Below are positions 8,734 through 17,894 of a stretch of DNA of 64,000 bases, in pieces. The DNA comes from Lachnospiraceae bacterium (GTDB lineage Bacteria; Bacillota; Clostridia; Lachnospirales; Lachnospiraceae): positions 254 through 64,253 of the forward strand of contig JAFLTB010000005.1 in NCBI GenBank assembly GCA_022510605.1, read 5' to 3'. The notes under the pieces are model-generated. The model searched no databases. It was not told the origin of the DNA and saw only the letters and a list, made by a program, of their open reading frames with translations. Position 1 is the stretch's first letter, and each line of letters begins with the position of its first letter. The translations under genes and the position numbers were made by a program.

Positions 8734-11094
8734 ATGAAAGCTGGTTTTATGTGCGGTTTGGCAAAGCTGAGAAGGAAAAAAATTCCCAATCTGTTTCTTG
8801 GGATATGTATTTTGATTACGGCAGCGTTGTTTGCGAATGCTCTTGTACTGTTAAGGGAATTGAATACCATATTTGACAAGGCATATGAGGAAATGGAGGG
8901 AGCACAGATATGCTGTCTGTGGAGTAATGAAATAGTTTCATCGGATTTTGTAAGGGAGTATCTGGAACATTCCCAGGAAGAGTTCGAGTACCAGATAACG
9001 GAAGATACCAAAACAATTGATTATATGAAAAAGGATGGGGTAACGTTAAGCAACGGCATCTTATTAGAGTTACCTGAAAGAATCGGAAGAGATATGCTGT
9101 CGCCTAAAATATCCGATGCATCGGAACCGGATATGCCAGGGAAGGGTGAGGTATGGATTACGACAAAACTTGCCCGTATCCTGCAACTGAAAGAGGGAGA
9201 CGAGTTTTTTCTGCAACTGGCAGATACGTCTGTAAAAGTGAAGGTGGCAAAGATTGTCATAGACCCGGTTTTTGGAAGCAGCAACACGAATATATACAGG
9301 ATGTGGTGCGGCTTCGGCCAGCTTGCGGATTTTCCTGTGGCAGAAAATGATGCCGTAAGTTATCTGGAAATCCGATTTGACGAATACAGTCTTTTGTCAG
9401 AACAGAATTTCATACGTGATGCGGAAGAGTATTTTCAAATGCCATTTGGCAATACACTGTATACATATGACAAAATAAAAAGTGGATATACGGCAGTGTA
9501 TCAGATGGTGGGTGTGGTACTGTGTTTTGTAAGTGTTGTTCTGGTTATAACCGCCGCCTGGCTGACGTTATTTCTGATAAAAAGTGACATGGATGAAGAC
9601 ATTCGAAATATTGGCATTTATAAATCCCTGGGAATGACAGGAAGGCAAATTATCCATGGTTATCTTGTCAGTTATGGAATCATCAGTTTTGCCGGGGCTG
9701 CTTTGGGAAGCATCATAGGGGACTGGCTCAGCAAAAGAATTATAACGGGAATACTTGGAGATATAGGGATATATACTGTCTCCTTTACGGGAATCACTGG
9801 TTATGCGTTTTTTGTATGTATTGTGGTACTGTCGGCTGTCCTGCTGATAGTTTTCAGTGCCATTTTTAAGATATATAGGTTAAATGCGTCTTATGCGATA
9901 AGGGAGGGGGCATGGAAGACCGCGGGAAAAGGAAGGAAAATGCGAAAGAGAACCTGCTATAATGGCAGGGCCTCCTTTGAGCTCTATTATGCTGTCAGGG
10001 GAATACAAAATAGAAAGGCAAGGTATGCTTATATAGCAGGTGTGTCCCTGATACTAAGCAGTTTGACTATCGCCTGCACAGGATGCTTGAATGCGGTTGG
10101 GAATATTGATAAAGAACCAGAGGCGTGGGGATTTATAAAAACAGACATTTATGTTACCTCATTGGAAGACACACCAGTGAGTGCTGTTATGGACGAATTG
10201 GAAAAGGCCCCGGAGGTTGATTATACCTATGGGGTAAATAAAGTATATGTCACATATAAGCCTTATAATAAAGGCACTTACCAGAGCATTATGACAGAAC
10301 TTTACGAACTGCCCTGGAATGAAAAGATAAAAGACAGGTCACTATATGGCAGACGTCCGGATAAGGAGAATGAGGTAGGTGTGGGACTTGGACTGGCGGG
10401 AGAATATGGACTTGGGGTGGGGGAAAAAATAGAATTGTTTGTAAATGGAAAAAGGGGAGAGTATGAGATTACGGAAATTTTCCAGACCCTCTCCAACTCC
10501 GGAAATGTTCTGCGCATGGTCACAAATAATCTGGATGAATTTGTAAAGGAAGATGGAACCTATGGGGATTATATGCTTGTGCTCCGAAATAGTTCTGATA
10601 AATGGGAGTATGCAAAGGAACTGTCGGAAAAATATAATGGAAAGTTTGCTTTTATTGCGTCAAAGTCAAATGGAGAAAACTTTACAGGGGTGTTAGCGCC
10701 TGCGGTTGGAACGATTTTGACGGTTTTAATTATTATTAGTGTTTTGATTACAATGAATCTTACATTTTTATTAATTAGGCGGGAACAGAACAGGATTGGA
10801 TTGTTAAAGGCAGCAGGAATGACATCCTGGCAGGTGCTAAAGATTTATGTGTGCAGAAACTGTTTATCGGCAATGGTGGGGAGTTGTCTTGGAATCGTGA
10901 CAGGTATGTTTGTAATTCCTCCTTTACTGACTCCCTATGCCAAATTACTGGGACTGACCAAATTTCCCTTTGTTAGTTCTCTGACAGGGGGATGTGCGGG
11001 GCTTGTTTTGCCACCGGCCTGTATGCTAGTTGGCACAGTTGTAATTATAAAAACAATTCACTCCATATCGGTGAAGCAGCTGGTAAATGAATAG
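8734..11094 (+). CDS. FtsX-family ABC transporter permease (duplicated FtsX module, two large extracytoplasmic regions)
   Basis: ORF 8728..11094. ATG 8734 has better spacing from GGAGAGG. Two FtsX-type segments (GIYKSLGMTGRQI and GLLKAAGMTSWQV), each followed by TM bundles. Confidence 0.85.
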   Translation: MKAGFMCGLAKLRRKKIPNLFLGICILITAALFANALVLLRELNTIFDKAYEEMEGAQICCLWSNEIVSSDFVREYLEHSQEEFEYQITEDTKTIDYMKKDGVTLSNGILLELPERIGRDMLSPKISDASEPDMPGKGEVWITTKLARILQLKEGDEFFLQLADTSVKVKVAKIVIDPVFGSSNTNIYRMWCGFGQLADFPVAENDAVSYLEIRFDEYSLLSEQNFIRDAEEYFQMPFGNTLYTYDKIKSGYTAVYQMVGVVLCFVSVVLVITAAWLTLFLIKSDMDEDIRNIGIYKSLGMTGRQIIHGYLVSYGIISFAGAALGSIIGDWLSKRIITGILGDIGIYTVSFTGITGYAFFVCIVVLSAVLLIVFSAIFKIYRLNASYAIREGAWKTAGKGRKMRKRTCYNGRASFELYYAVRGIQNRKARYAYIAGVSLILSSLTIACTGCLNAVGNIDKEPEAWGFIKTDIYVTSLEDTPVSAVMDELEKAPEVDYTYGVNKVYVTYKPYNKGTYQSIMTELYELPWNEKIKDRSLYGRRPDKENEVGVGLGLAGEYGLGVGEKIELFVNGKRGEYEITEIFQTLSNSGNVLRMVTNNLDEFVKEDGTYGDYMLVLRNSSDKWEYAKELSEKYNGKFAFIASKSNGENFTGVLAPAVGTILTVLIIISVLITMNLTFLLIRREQNRIGLLKAAGMTSWQVLKIYVCRNCLSAMVGSCLGIVTGMFVIPPLLTPYAKLLGLTKFPFVSSLTGGCAGLVLPPACMLVGTVVIIKTIHSISVKQLVNE

Positions 11095-11150
11095 GAAGTA
11101 TTTTGTCATATATTGATATGGATGGATTAAAATTTTTGGATATAGAAGTA

Positions 11151-11180
11151 TTGACAGGAAAAAAAGACTGTTGGTATACT
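11151..11180 (+). promoter_or_regulatory. putative sigma-A promoter upstream of the fruK-like gene
   Basis: TTGACA (11151-11156), 18-bp spacer, TATACT (11175-11180). Confidence 0.5.
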
Positions 11181-11236
11181 AATACCATGTCCTAAAATAA
11201 TGTGTGAAACATGAAAGGAAAGAAAGGGGATTGCCT

Positions 11237-12151
11237 ATGATTTACACAGTGACGTTTAATCCATCTCTTGATTATATCGTATCGGTAGAGGATTTGAAAT
11301 TGGGAGTAGTGAACCGGACGAACAGGGAACTTATGTATCCGGGCGGCAAGGGAATCAATGTATCTCTGGTATTACGCAACCTGGGATATGATAGCACGGC
11401 ATTGGGATTTCAGGCGGGCTTCACAGGAAAAGAGATTGCCAGACTCATGGAGGAGCAGGGGATTCAGCCAGATTTTATTGAGGTCAAAAACGGAATATCC
11501 CGTATCAATGTGAAGATAAGATCCAATGAGGAATCAGAAATCAATGGTATGGGCCCTGAAATTAGCAGAGAAGATATTGACAAGCTCTATGCACGGCTGG
11601 ACAAACTGGAAGAGGGGGATACTCTGGTATTGGCAGGGTCGATTCCATCCGTTATGCCAAAAACCATGTATCGTGATATCATGGAACATGTATCAGGGAA
11701 AAAATTACAGATTGCCGTGGACGCCACCCAGGATTTGTTGAGGAATGTATTGAAATATCATCCGTTTTTAATCAAGCCAAATAACTATGAATTAGGTGAG
11801 ATATATGGCGTGGAAATACACACAAGAGATGAGGTGGTTCCCTATGCGCAAAAGCTGCAGGAGGAGGGAGCACGCAATGTACTGGTATCCATGGCAGGAG
11901 AGGGCGCTGTCCTGCTGACGGAGACGGGAGAAGTATACCAGACGGAAGCACCGAAGGGAAAAGTGCAGAATTCAGTGGGGGCAGGAGATTCCATGGTGGC
12001 AGGATTTATTGCAGGCTATCTGGTGTCAAAGGATTATGAGCAGGCGTTTTATATGGGCGTATGTACTGGTTCGGCATCTGCGTTTTCAGAGGGCATGGCG
12101 ACAAAAGAAGCGGTGCAAAATCTGTTAGGGCAGTTTGGAAAGCAACTATAA
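11237..12151 (+). CDS. fruK: 1-phosphofructokinase / tagatose-6-phosphate kinase (PfkB family)
   Basis: Start trimmed to MIYTVTFNPSLDY. Motifs GGKGINV and GAGDSMVAGF are present. No fruA or fruR lies next to it in this window. Confidence 0.8.
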   Translation: MIYTVTFNPSLDYIVSVEDLKLGVVNRTNRELMYPGGKGINVSLVLRNLGYDSTALGFQAGFTGKEIARLMEEQGIQPDFIEVKNGISRINVKIRSNEESEINGMGPEISREDIDKLYARLDKLEEGDTLVLAGSIPSVMPKTMYRDIMEHVSGKKLQIAVDATQDLLRNVLKYHPFLIKPNNYELGEIYGVEIHTRDEVVPYAQKLQEEGARNVLVSMAGEGAVLLTETGEVYQTEAPKGKVQNSVGAGDSMVAGFIAGYLVSKDYEQAFYMGVCTGSASAFSEGMATKEAVQNLLGQFGKQL

Positions 12152-12204
12152 ATGAACAGCTGTTGCGGAGGGCAACGAGAAAGGAGACGTGCCAGTAAAG
12201 AATT

Positions 12205-12249
12205 CCCACATGGAAAGGAGATAACCTCCCTTTCATGTGGGCTCTTTTT
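12205..12249 (+). terminator. intrinsic terminator after the fruK-like gene
   Basis: CCCACATGGAAAGGAG pairs with CTCCCTTTCATGTGGG (14 of 16 positions), followed by CTCTTTTT. Confidence 0.65.
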
Positions 12250-12338
12250 AATTATAAATGCAAATTTCTTTTACTGCATATACCATATATTCATATACCT
12301 GAAAAGCATAATACAATATTTGATATAGGTATTTGATA

Positions 12339-12367
12339 TTTACATATGGGCGTGCTATATTGATAAT
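12339..12367 (+). promoter_or_regulatory. putative sigma-A promoter of the ADH-led gene run
   Basis: TTTACA (12339-12344), 17-bp spacer, GATAAT (12362-12367). Preceded by two copies of ATTTGATAT. Confidence 0.4.
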
Positions 12368-12401
12368 CGAAAGGAAAATATATATCAGGAGGAAAATGAT
12401 T

Positions 12402-13571
12402 ATGTTAGGAAATTTTGATTATTGCAACCCAACGAAATTATATTTTGGAGACCAGGCATTACAATATTTGAATACAGAGCTTCCAAAGTACGGAAAGAAT
12501 GTGGTTCTGGTTTATGGAGGCGGCTCCATAAAGGAAAACGGTATATATGATGAAGTGGTAGAAATCTTGAAAGCAAATGAAAAAAATGTGGCAGAGATTT
12601 CCGGCGTCATGCCAAATCCTACACTGGAAAAGTTATATGAGGGCATAGAGATTGCCAGAAAGCATGAGGCGGATTTGCTTCTTGCTGTGGGTGGCGGCTC
12701 TGTATGCGATTACGCCAAAGCGGTTTCGGTATCTGTGCATTGTGACGAAGACCCGTGGGAGAAATATTATCTGAAATTTGAGGAGCCTGACTGTGAGATT
12801 GTTCCTGTGGGCTGTGTCCTGACAATGGTGGGAACCGGCTCGGAGATGAATGCCGGAGCGGTTATTACGAATCGGGAAACCAAGCTCAAGATTGGCCATG
12901 TGTTTGCCGATGAAAACATTATGCCGAAGTTCTCCATCCTGAATCCGAAATATACGCTGACGCTGCCGCATTATCAGATGGTTTCCGGTATTTATGATAT
13001 TTTCAATCATATTTGTGAGCAGTATTTTTCCGGTGAGGATGATAACACCAGTGATTATATCAGCGAAGGACTGATGCGTTCCGTTATCCATTCCAGCCGG
13101 ATTGCCAACAAAGACCCGCAGAACTATGAAGCGAGGAGCAATATTATGTGGACTGCCACATGGGCATTGAATACCCTTGTTGCAAAAGGAAAGTCAACGG
13201 ATTGGATGGTTCATATGCTTGGCCAGGCCGTGGGAGCCTATACAGATGCGACACACGGAATGACTTTGTCTGCGGTATCGCTGCCGTATTATCGTTATAT
13301 CATGCCATATGGACTTGCAAAATTCGTGAGATTTGCAAAGAATGTATGGGATGTGGATGCCACAGGAAAAACCGACGAGCAGGTAGCGGAGGAAGGTCTG
13401 GCAGCGATGGAAAGCTGGATGAAGGAGCTGGGACTTGTCATGAACATCACAGAGCTTGGAGCCAAAGAAGAAATGCTGGAAGGACTTGCGGAGAGTACGC
13501 TTATTCTTGAGGGAGGCTACAAGCCACCGAAACAGGATGAGATTGTAACTATTTTCAGAAACAGTCTATAA
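12402..13571 (+). CDS. iron-containing alcohol dehydrogenase (BdhA/YqhD-like)
   Basis: MLGNFDYCNPTKLYFG N-terminus, GGGSIKENG and AVGGGSVCDYAK motifs. AGGAGG sits 9 nt upstream of ATG 12402. The longer ORF-track start at 12333 has no RBS. Confidence 0.85.
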   Translation: MLGNFDYCNPTKLYFGDQALQYLNTELPKYGKNVVLVYGGGSIKENGIYDEVVEILKANEKNVAEISGVMPNPTLEKLYEGIEIARKHEADLLLAVGGGSVCDYAKAVSVSVHCDEDPWEKYYLKFEEPDCEIVPVGCVLTMVGTGSEMNAGAVITNRETKLKIGHVFADENIMPKFSILNPKYTLTLPHYQMVSGIYDIFNHICEQYFSGEDDNTSDYISEGLMRSVIHSSRIANKDPQNYEARSNIMWTATWALNTLVAKGKSTDWMVHMLGQAVGAYTDATHGMTLSAVSLPYYRYIMPYGLAKFVRFAKNVWDVDATGKTDEQVAEEGLAAMESWMKELGLVMNITELGAKEEMLEGLAESTLILEGGYKPPKQDEIVTIFRNSL

Positions 13572-13581
13572 GGAAGAGACT

Positions 13582-13863
13582 ATGAATATAAAGACAGGAA
13601 TGGAAGTGAAAAGACAGATGAATAGTGTTCAGGAACAGGAAAGAGCGATTCAGAATATGAAAGATGCCGGATGCAGTGAAGATACTATTAACCGTTTTTT
13701 GCTCTGCTATCAGGCAGAGGATGTAAAGGGAGAGTTAAAGGTTCTTTCCAGGCACAGGCAAGACTTATTGGATCAGATTCATAAAGGGCAGAAGAAAATT
13801 GACTGTCTGGATTATCTGGTATATCAGATTGAAAAAAATGCGAAAAAGGCTGAGAAGGTTTGA
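13582..13863 (+). CDS. small conserved hypothetical protein (93 aa, helical, Cys-containing)
   Basis: RBS AAGGAAGAG. Tightly packed between the ADH and the next gene (stop overlaps the TTG/ATG region of the next ORF). No recognisable domain. Confidence 0.5.
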   Translation: MNIKTGMEVKRQMNSVQEQERAIQNMKDAGCSEDTINRFLLCYQAEDVKGELKVLSRHRQDLLDQIHKGQKKIDCLDYLVYQIEKNAKKAEKV

Positions 13864-13877
13864 AAGGGAGGCAGCAT

Positions 13878-14789
13878 ATGGATTCAAAAAAGGAAATCAG
13901 ACAGGAAACCCTGACAGGTGAGAGAGCTCTGTTTCAGGGAAAAGGACTGCGGATTGTGGATAGTGTTTTTATGGATGGGGAATCGCCCCTCAAAGAGTGT
14001 CAGGACATTGAACTGTATGGCAGCCTGTTCCGCTGGAAATATCCGCTGTGGTATAGTAAGAATATTGTGGCAAAGGATTGTACCTGGTTTGAGATGGCAC
14101 GTGCCGGCGTATGGTATACGGATAACATCACGGTGGAGAATGCAGTGATTGAGGCTCCTAAGAATTTCCGCCGCTGTCATGGCGTGACATTAAAAAATGT
14201 TACCTTCCCCAATGCCGCCGAGACTCTGTGGAATTGTGAAAATGTCCGGATGGAAAAGGTAACAGCCACGGGGGATTACTTTGCTATGAACTGTCAGGAT
14301 ATGGAGATTCATGACTTTACGCTGACAGGGAATTATTCCTTTGACGGGGCTAAAAATGTAGTCATCCGGGGCGCTAAACTTTTGTCAAAGGATGCGTTCT
14401 GGAATACGGAAAATGTCACGGTATATGATTCTTTTATTTCCGGGGAATACCTGGGATGGAACGCAAAAAATCTGACGCTGATTAACTGCACCATTGAAAG
14501 CCTGCAGGGCATGTGTTATATTGACAATCTGGTGATGAAAAACTGCAAACTCATCCATACGACTCTGGCTTTTGAATACTCCTCTGTGGATGCGGAGATT
14601 ACAGGAAAGATAGACAGTGTGATGAATCCGGAAAGAGGAACGATACGGGCAGACGCCATTGATGAACTGATTCTGGAAAGAGATAAAGTGGACCCGGGAA
14701 AGACGAAAATTATTTGCGGGAGGCGAACGGATAAATGCAAGGAATTAAAATTTTTGACAAGTTATCAGCAGTGCTCATTGCAAGCCTGA
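13878..14789 (+). CDS. DUF3737-like right-handed beta-helix protein
   Basis: ATG 13878 lies 7 nt after AAGGGAGG. Repetitive (N/D)xx-hydrophobic-x-N/D turns run throughout. The N-terminus ERALFQGKGL...GESPLKE resembles DUF3737 proteins (from memory). The 3' end overlaps the next CDS by 55 nt. Confidence 0.6.
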   Translation: MDSKKEIRQETLTGERALFQGKGLRIVDSVFMDGESPLKECQDIELYGSLFRWKYPLWYSKNIVAKDCTWFEMARAGVWYTDNITVENAVIEAPKNFRRCHGVTLKNVTFPNAAETLWNCENVRMEKVTATGDYFAMNCQDMEIHDFTLTGNYSFDGAKNVVIRGAKLLSKDAFWNTENVTVYDSFISGEYLGWNAKNLTLINCTIESLQGMCYIDNLVMKNCKLIHTTLAFEYSSVDAEITGKIDSVMNPERGTIRADAIDELILERDKVDPGKTKIICGRRTDKCKELKFLTSYQQCSLQA

Positions 14790-15526
14790 TAATAGGCCTG
14801 GTACAAAACCCGGTATGGCAGACAGAGGCAAAGACCGGTGTCCAGGATGAGTGGTCTGTAACGGCCAGGCTGGATTCTAAAAAGGTAAATAGGAAAACAG
14901 TTACGATGAAGAAGGGTAGCAATAAAAAAATCAGCCTGACCATTGCACCGAAAAATTCAAGAGTGAAAAATTCAAAAATGAATACTTCATTTTTGAAAAC
15001 GAAGTATCATTCAAACAAAAAAAGCATCGTGTCAGTCACAAAAACAGGAGTGTTGAAGGCGAAAAAGAAGGGAACTGCCAAAATAACAATTACGGTAACA
15101 GGCAGTGAAAAATTAAAAAAGAAGGTATGGTTTAAGGTGAAGGTTATGAATAAGAGTAATTCTGACAATAAGACGGAAATTCCCGTTACCCTTACAGTGG
15201 GTGGGAAAACATTTTCAGCAAAATTTTATGACAATCCGGCGGCAAGGGAATTAGTCGAGAAAATGCCCATGACACTTTCCATGGAGGAACTGAATGGAAA
15301 TGAAAAGTATCATTATTTTGATACGAATTTCCCGACAAATGAGACTTCGCCAAAGCAGATACAGGCCGGAGATATTAAGTTGTATGGCTCGGGCTGTCTG
15401 GTTACATTTTACAAGAGCTTTACCACCTCCTATCGCTATACGTCGGTGGGATATGTGGAGGATGCCGCTGGCTTTGCCAGGGCCGTGGGCAGTGGAAATG
15501 TAAAAATCACGTTTCAGAAAGGGTAA
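14735..15526 (+). CDS. exported protein: signal/anchor + basic Big_2 (Ig-like) module + cyclophilin-like-fold domain
   Basis: N-terminal hydrophobic segment LSAVLIASLIIGLV. Lys-rich Big_2-like block (VSVTKTGVLKAKKKGTAKITITV). C-terminal VGGKTFSAKFYDNPAARELVEKMPMTL...GDIKLYGSGCLVTFY matches the cyclophilin-like (TM1367-type) pattern. Confidence 0.7.
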   Translation: MQGIKIFDKLSAVLIASLIIGLVQNPVWQTEAKTGVQDEWSVTARLDSKKVNRKTVTMKKGSNKKISLTIAPKNSRVKNSKMNTSFLKTKYHSNKKSIVSVTKTGVLKAKKKGTAKITITVTGSEKLKKKVWFKVKVMNKSNSDNKTEIPVTLTVGGKTFSAKFYDNPAARELVEKMPMTLSMEELNGNEKYHYFDTNFPTNETSPKQIQAGDIKLYGSGCLVTFYKSFTTSYRYTSVGYVEDAAGFARAVGSGNVKITFQKG

Positions 15527-15548
15527 AGGATACCCGGAAAGGCTGCAT

Positions 15549-16727
15549 ATGGGTTACGATTTTGATTCAAAAATAAACCGCAGGGAAAGTTATTCCCTGA
15601 AATGGGATGTAAAAGAAAATGAACTGCCTATGTGGGTGGCGGATATGGATTTTCAGACGGCACCGGAAATCCGGGAGGCGATTCAGAAGAGAGCAGAGCA
15701 TGGGATTTTTGGCTATACCATTCTTTCCGATGAATGGTATCAGGCATATCAGGACTGGTGGAAGCGCCATCACGACTTTGCCATGGAAAAGGACTGGCTC
15801 ATATTCTGTACGGGGGTCGTTCCGGCGATTTCCAGCGCCGTGAGGAAGCTGACGACGCCGGGAGAAAATGTACTGATACAGACTCCGGTATATAACATTT
15901 TCTTTAACTCTATTGTAAACAATGGAAGAAATGTGCTGGAGAGTCCGCTGACATATGACGGAAAGGAATATTCCATTGATTTTGACAAACTGGAAAAGGA
16001 TTTGTCAAATCCCCAGACGACCATGATGATTTTGTGTAACCCCCACAATCCAGTGGGGAAAATCTGGGACAAAGAGACATTGGCACGAATCGGTGAACTC
16101 TGTGCCAGGCATCATGTCATCGTATTGTCAGATGAGATACACTGTGATTTGACGGCACCGGGGCTGGAATATATACCATTTGCATCGGTTTCAGATACAT
16201 GCAGGGAAATCAGCGTGACGGCTATAGCGCCGACGAAAACATTTAATCTGGCAGGTTTGCAGACAGCGGCGGTGGCGGTGCCTAATCCGGTTCTCCGCCA
16301 TAAGATGTGGAGAGCCTTAAATACGGATGAAGTGGCAGAACCAAATGCCTTTGCCATAGATGCTGCAGTGGCCGCATTTACAAAGGGACGGCCCTGGCTG
16401 GAGGAATTGCGGAAGTATTTACAGAATAATAAACAGTATGTCCAGGAATATCTGGAAAAAGAACTGCCGCAGTTGTCTGTGGTATCCACAGACGCCACCT
16501 ATTTATTGTGGCTCGACTGCACCGGACTGACAGGAACATCTTCTGAGTTTACAAAGTTTCTCAGGAAAACCACAGGATTATATATCTCCGCTGGAAGTGC
16601 ATATGGCAGAGAAGGAGACGGCTTTGTGAGAATGAACATTGCCTGTCCCATGGAAGTTGTGAGGGATGGTATGGAACGATTGAAGAAAGGTGCGAAGGAG
16701 TATGAGAAAGAAACACAAAAAAGGTAA
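15549..16727 (+). CDS. patB: MalY/PatB-family PLP-dependent C-S lyase (cystathionine beta-lyase-like aminotransferase fold)
   Basis: N-terminus DFDSKINRRESYSLKWD, PLP-Lys context APTKTFNLAGL, 392 aa. Confidence 0.8.
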   Translation: MGYDFDSKINRRESYSLKWDVKENELPMWVADMDFQTAPEIREAIQKRAEHGIFGYTILSDEWYQAYQDWWKRHHDFAMEKDWLIFCTGVVPAISSAVRKLTTPGENVLIQTPVYNIFFNSIVNNGRNVLESPLTYDGKEYSIDFDKLEKDLSNPQTTMMILCNPHNPVGKIWDKETLARIGELCARHHVIVLSDEIHCDLTAPGLEYIPFASVSDTCREISVTAIAPTKTFNLAGLQTAAVAVPNPVLRHKMWRALNTDEVAEPNAFAIDAAVAAFTKGRPWLEELRKYLQNNKQYVQEYLEKELPQLSVVSTDATYLLWLDCTGLTGTSSEFTKFLRKTTGLYISAGSAYGREGDGFVRMNIACPMEVVRDGMERLKKGAKEYEKETQKR

Positions 16728-17832
16728 ACTTTTCAAAATAACCATAATTTTTGTGGGGCTTATTTTGTTTCTGCTGCTGGCAGCATTTTTATTTCTGAAG
16801 TTATGGCCAGCCTTTGGAGGAAGAGCATCGGAGGAGGACCGGCAGAATTATGCCAGCCGTGCAGAGAATTACCGTGACGGAAAATTTTATAACGATGGTG
16901 ATTTTCAGATTGTCCGGGAGACAGACCGAAGGGATGAAAACACTATGTCATCCAAAGGGACAATACCGGAAGGGGAACTGCCAGTTAAAACACCGTCCTA
17001 TGACCAGGAGTTATCGAAAGAGGAAGTTCGTGTTACCTGGTTTGGGCATTCGTCCATGCTCCTTCAGATGCACGGTATGAATATTCTGATTGATCCGGTA
17101 TTCAGCGAGCGGAGTTCACCGGTGTCTTTTGCAGGAAACAAACGATTTTCCCATCCACCGGTCAGTGCTGCGGATCTGCCTTCCATTGATTTGCTGGTAC
17201 TGTCCCATGACCATTACGATCATCTGGATTATAACGTGATGAAAGAGATAGATGGAAAAGTTGACCGTTATATCGTGCCTCTTGGTGTGGAGAATCATCT
17301 GGAGCGCTGGGGTGTGGCGGAAGAAAAAATCCAGAACATGGCGTGGTGGGAGGAAGTTACGATAAATGGTCTGACCATCGGATGTACACCGGCGAGACAT
17401 TATTCCGGAAGAAGTCTGGACGACCAGTTTGCAACACTCTGGGCCTCCTGGGCATTTCAGGACGAATATCATAAGATATTTGAGAGCGGAGACAGCGGCT
17501 ATGGAGAACAGTATCAAAAAATCCATGACAAGTATGGGGACTTTGACTTTGTATTGATTGATTGTGCCCAGTATGATGTAAACTGGCCCGAGGTACATAT
17601 GTTTCCTGAGGAGGCAGTTCAGGCAGTGCAGACCCTGGGAGCCAGGGCGGCAATGCCGATTCACTGGGGTGCCTTTAGTCTGGCAAACCATGGTTGGGAT
17701 GACTCGGTGGAGCGTTTTGTGGCAGCGGGAGAAACTGCCGGATTACAGGTTGCCACCCCTTACATTGGAGAGACTGTGAATCTGAATCATCTTGAAAACA
17801 GTATGGAGCGCTGGTGGAAAGACATTTTATAA
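16702..17832 (+). CDS. membrane-anchored MBL-fold metallo-hydrolase
   Basis: N-terminal TM segment (ITIIFVGLILFLLLAAFLFL). Metallo-beta-lactamase motif LVLSHDHYDHLD. Start uncertain (GTG 16690 or ATG 16702). Overlaps the patB 3' end. Confidence 0.75.
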   Translation: MRKKHKKGKLFKITIIFVGLILFLLLAAFLFLKLWPAFGGRASEEDRQNYASRAENYRDGKFYNDGDFQIVRETDRRDENTMSSKGTIPEGELPVKTPSYDQELSKEEVRVTWFGHSSMLLQMHGMNILIDPVFSERSSPVSFAGNKRFSHPPVSAADLPSIDLLVLSHDHYDHLDYNVMKEIDGKVDRYIVPLGVENHLERWGVAEEKIQNMAWWEEVTINGLTIGCTPARHYSGRSLDDQFATLWASWAFQDEYHKIFESGDSGYGEQYQKIHDKYGDFDFVLIDCAQYDVNWPEVHMFPEEAVQAVQTLGARAAMPIHWGAFSLANHGWDDSVERFVAAGETAGLQVATPYIGETVNLNHLENSMERWWKDIL

Positions 17833-17894
17833 AAAAGAGATTTAAATTAGTAAGAATAATTAAGAGAAAAGAATTAATGGAGGACAGTATTTTG

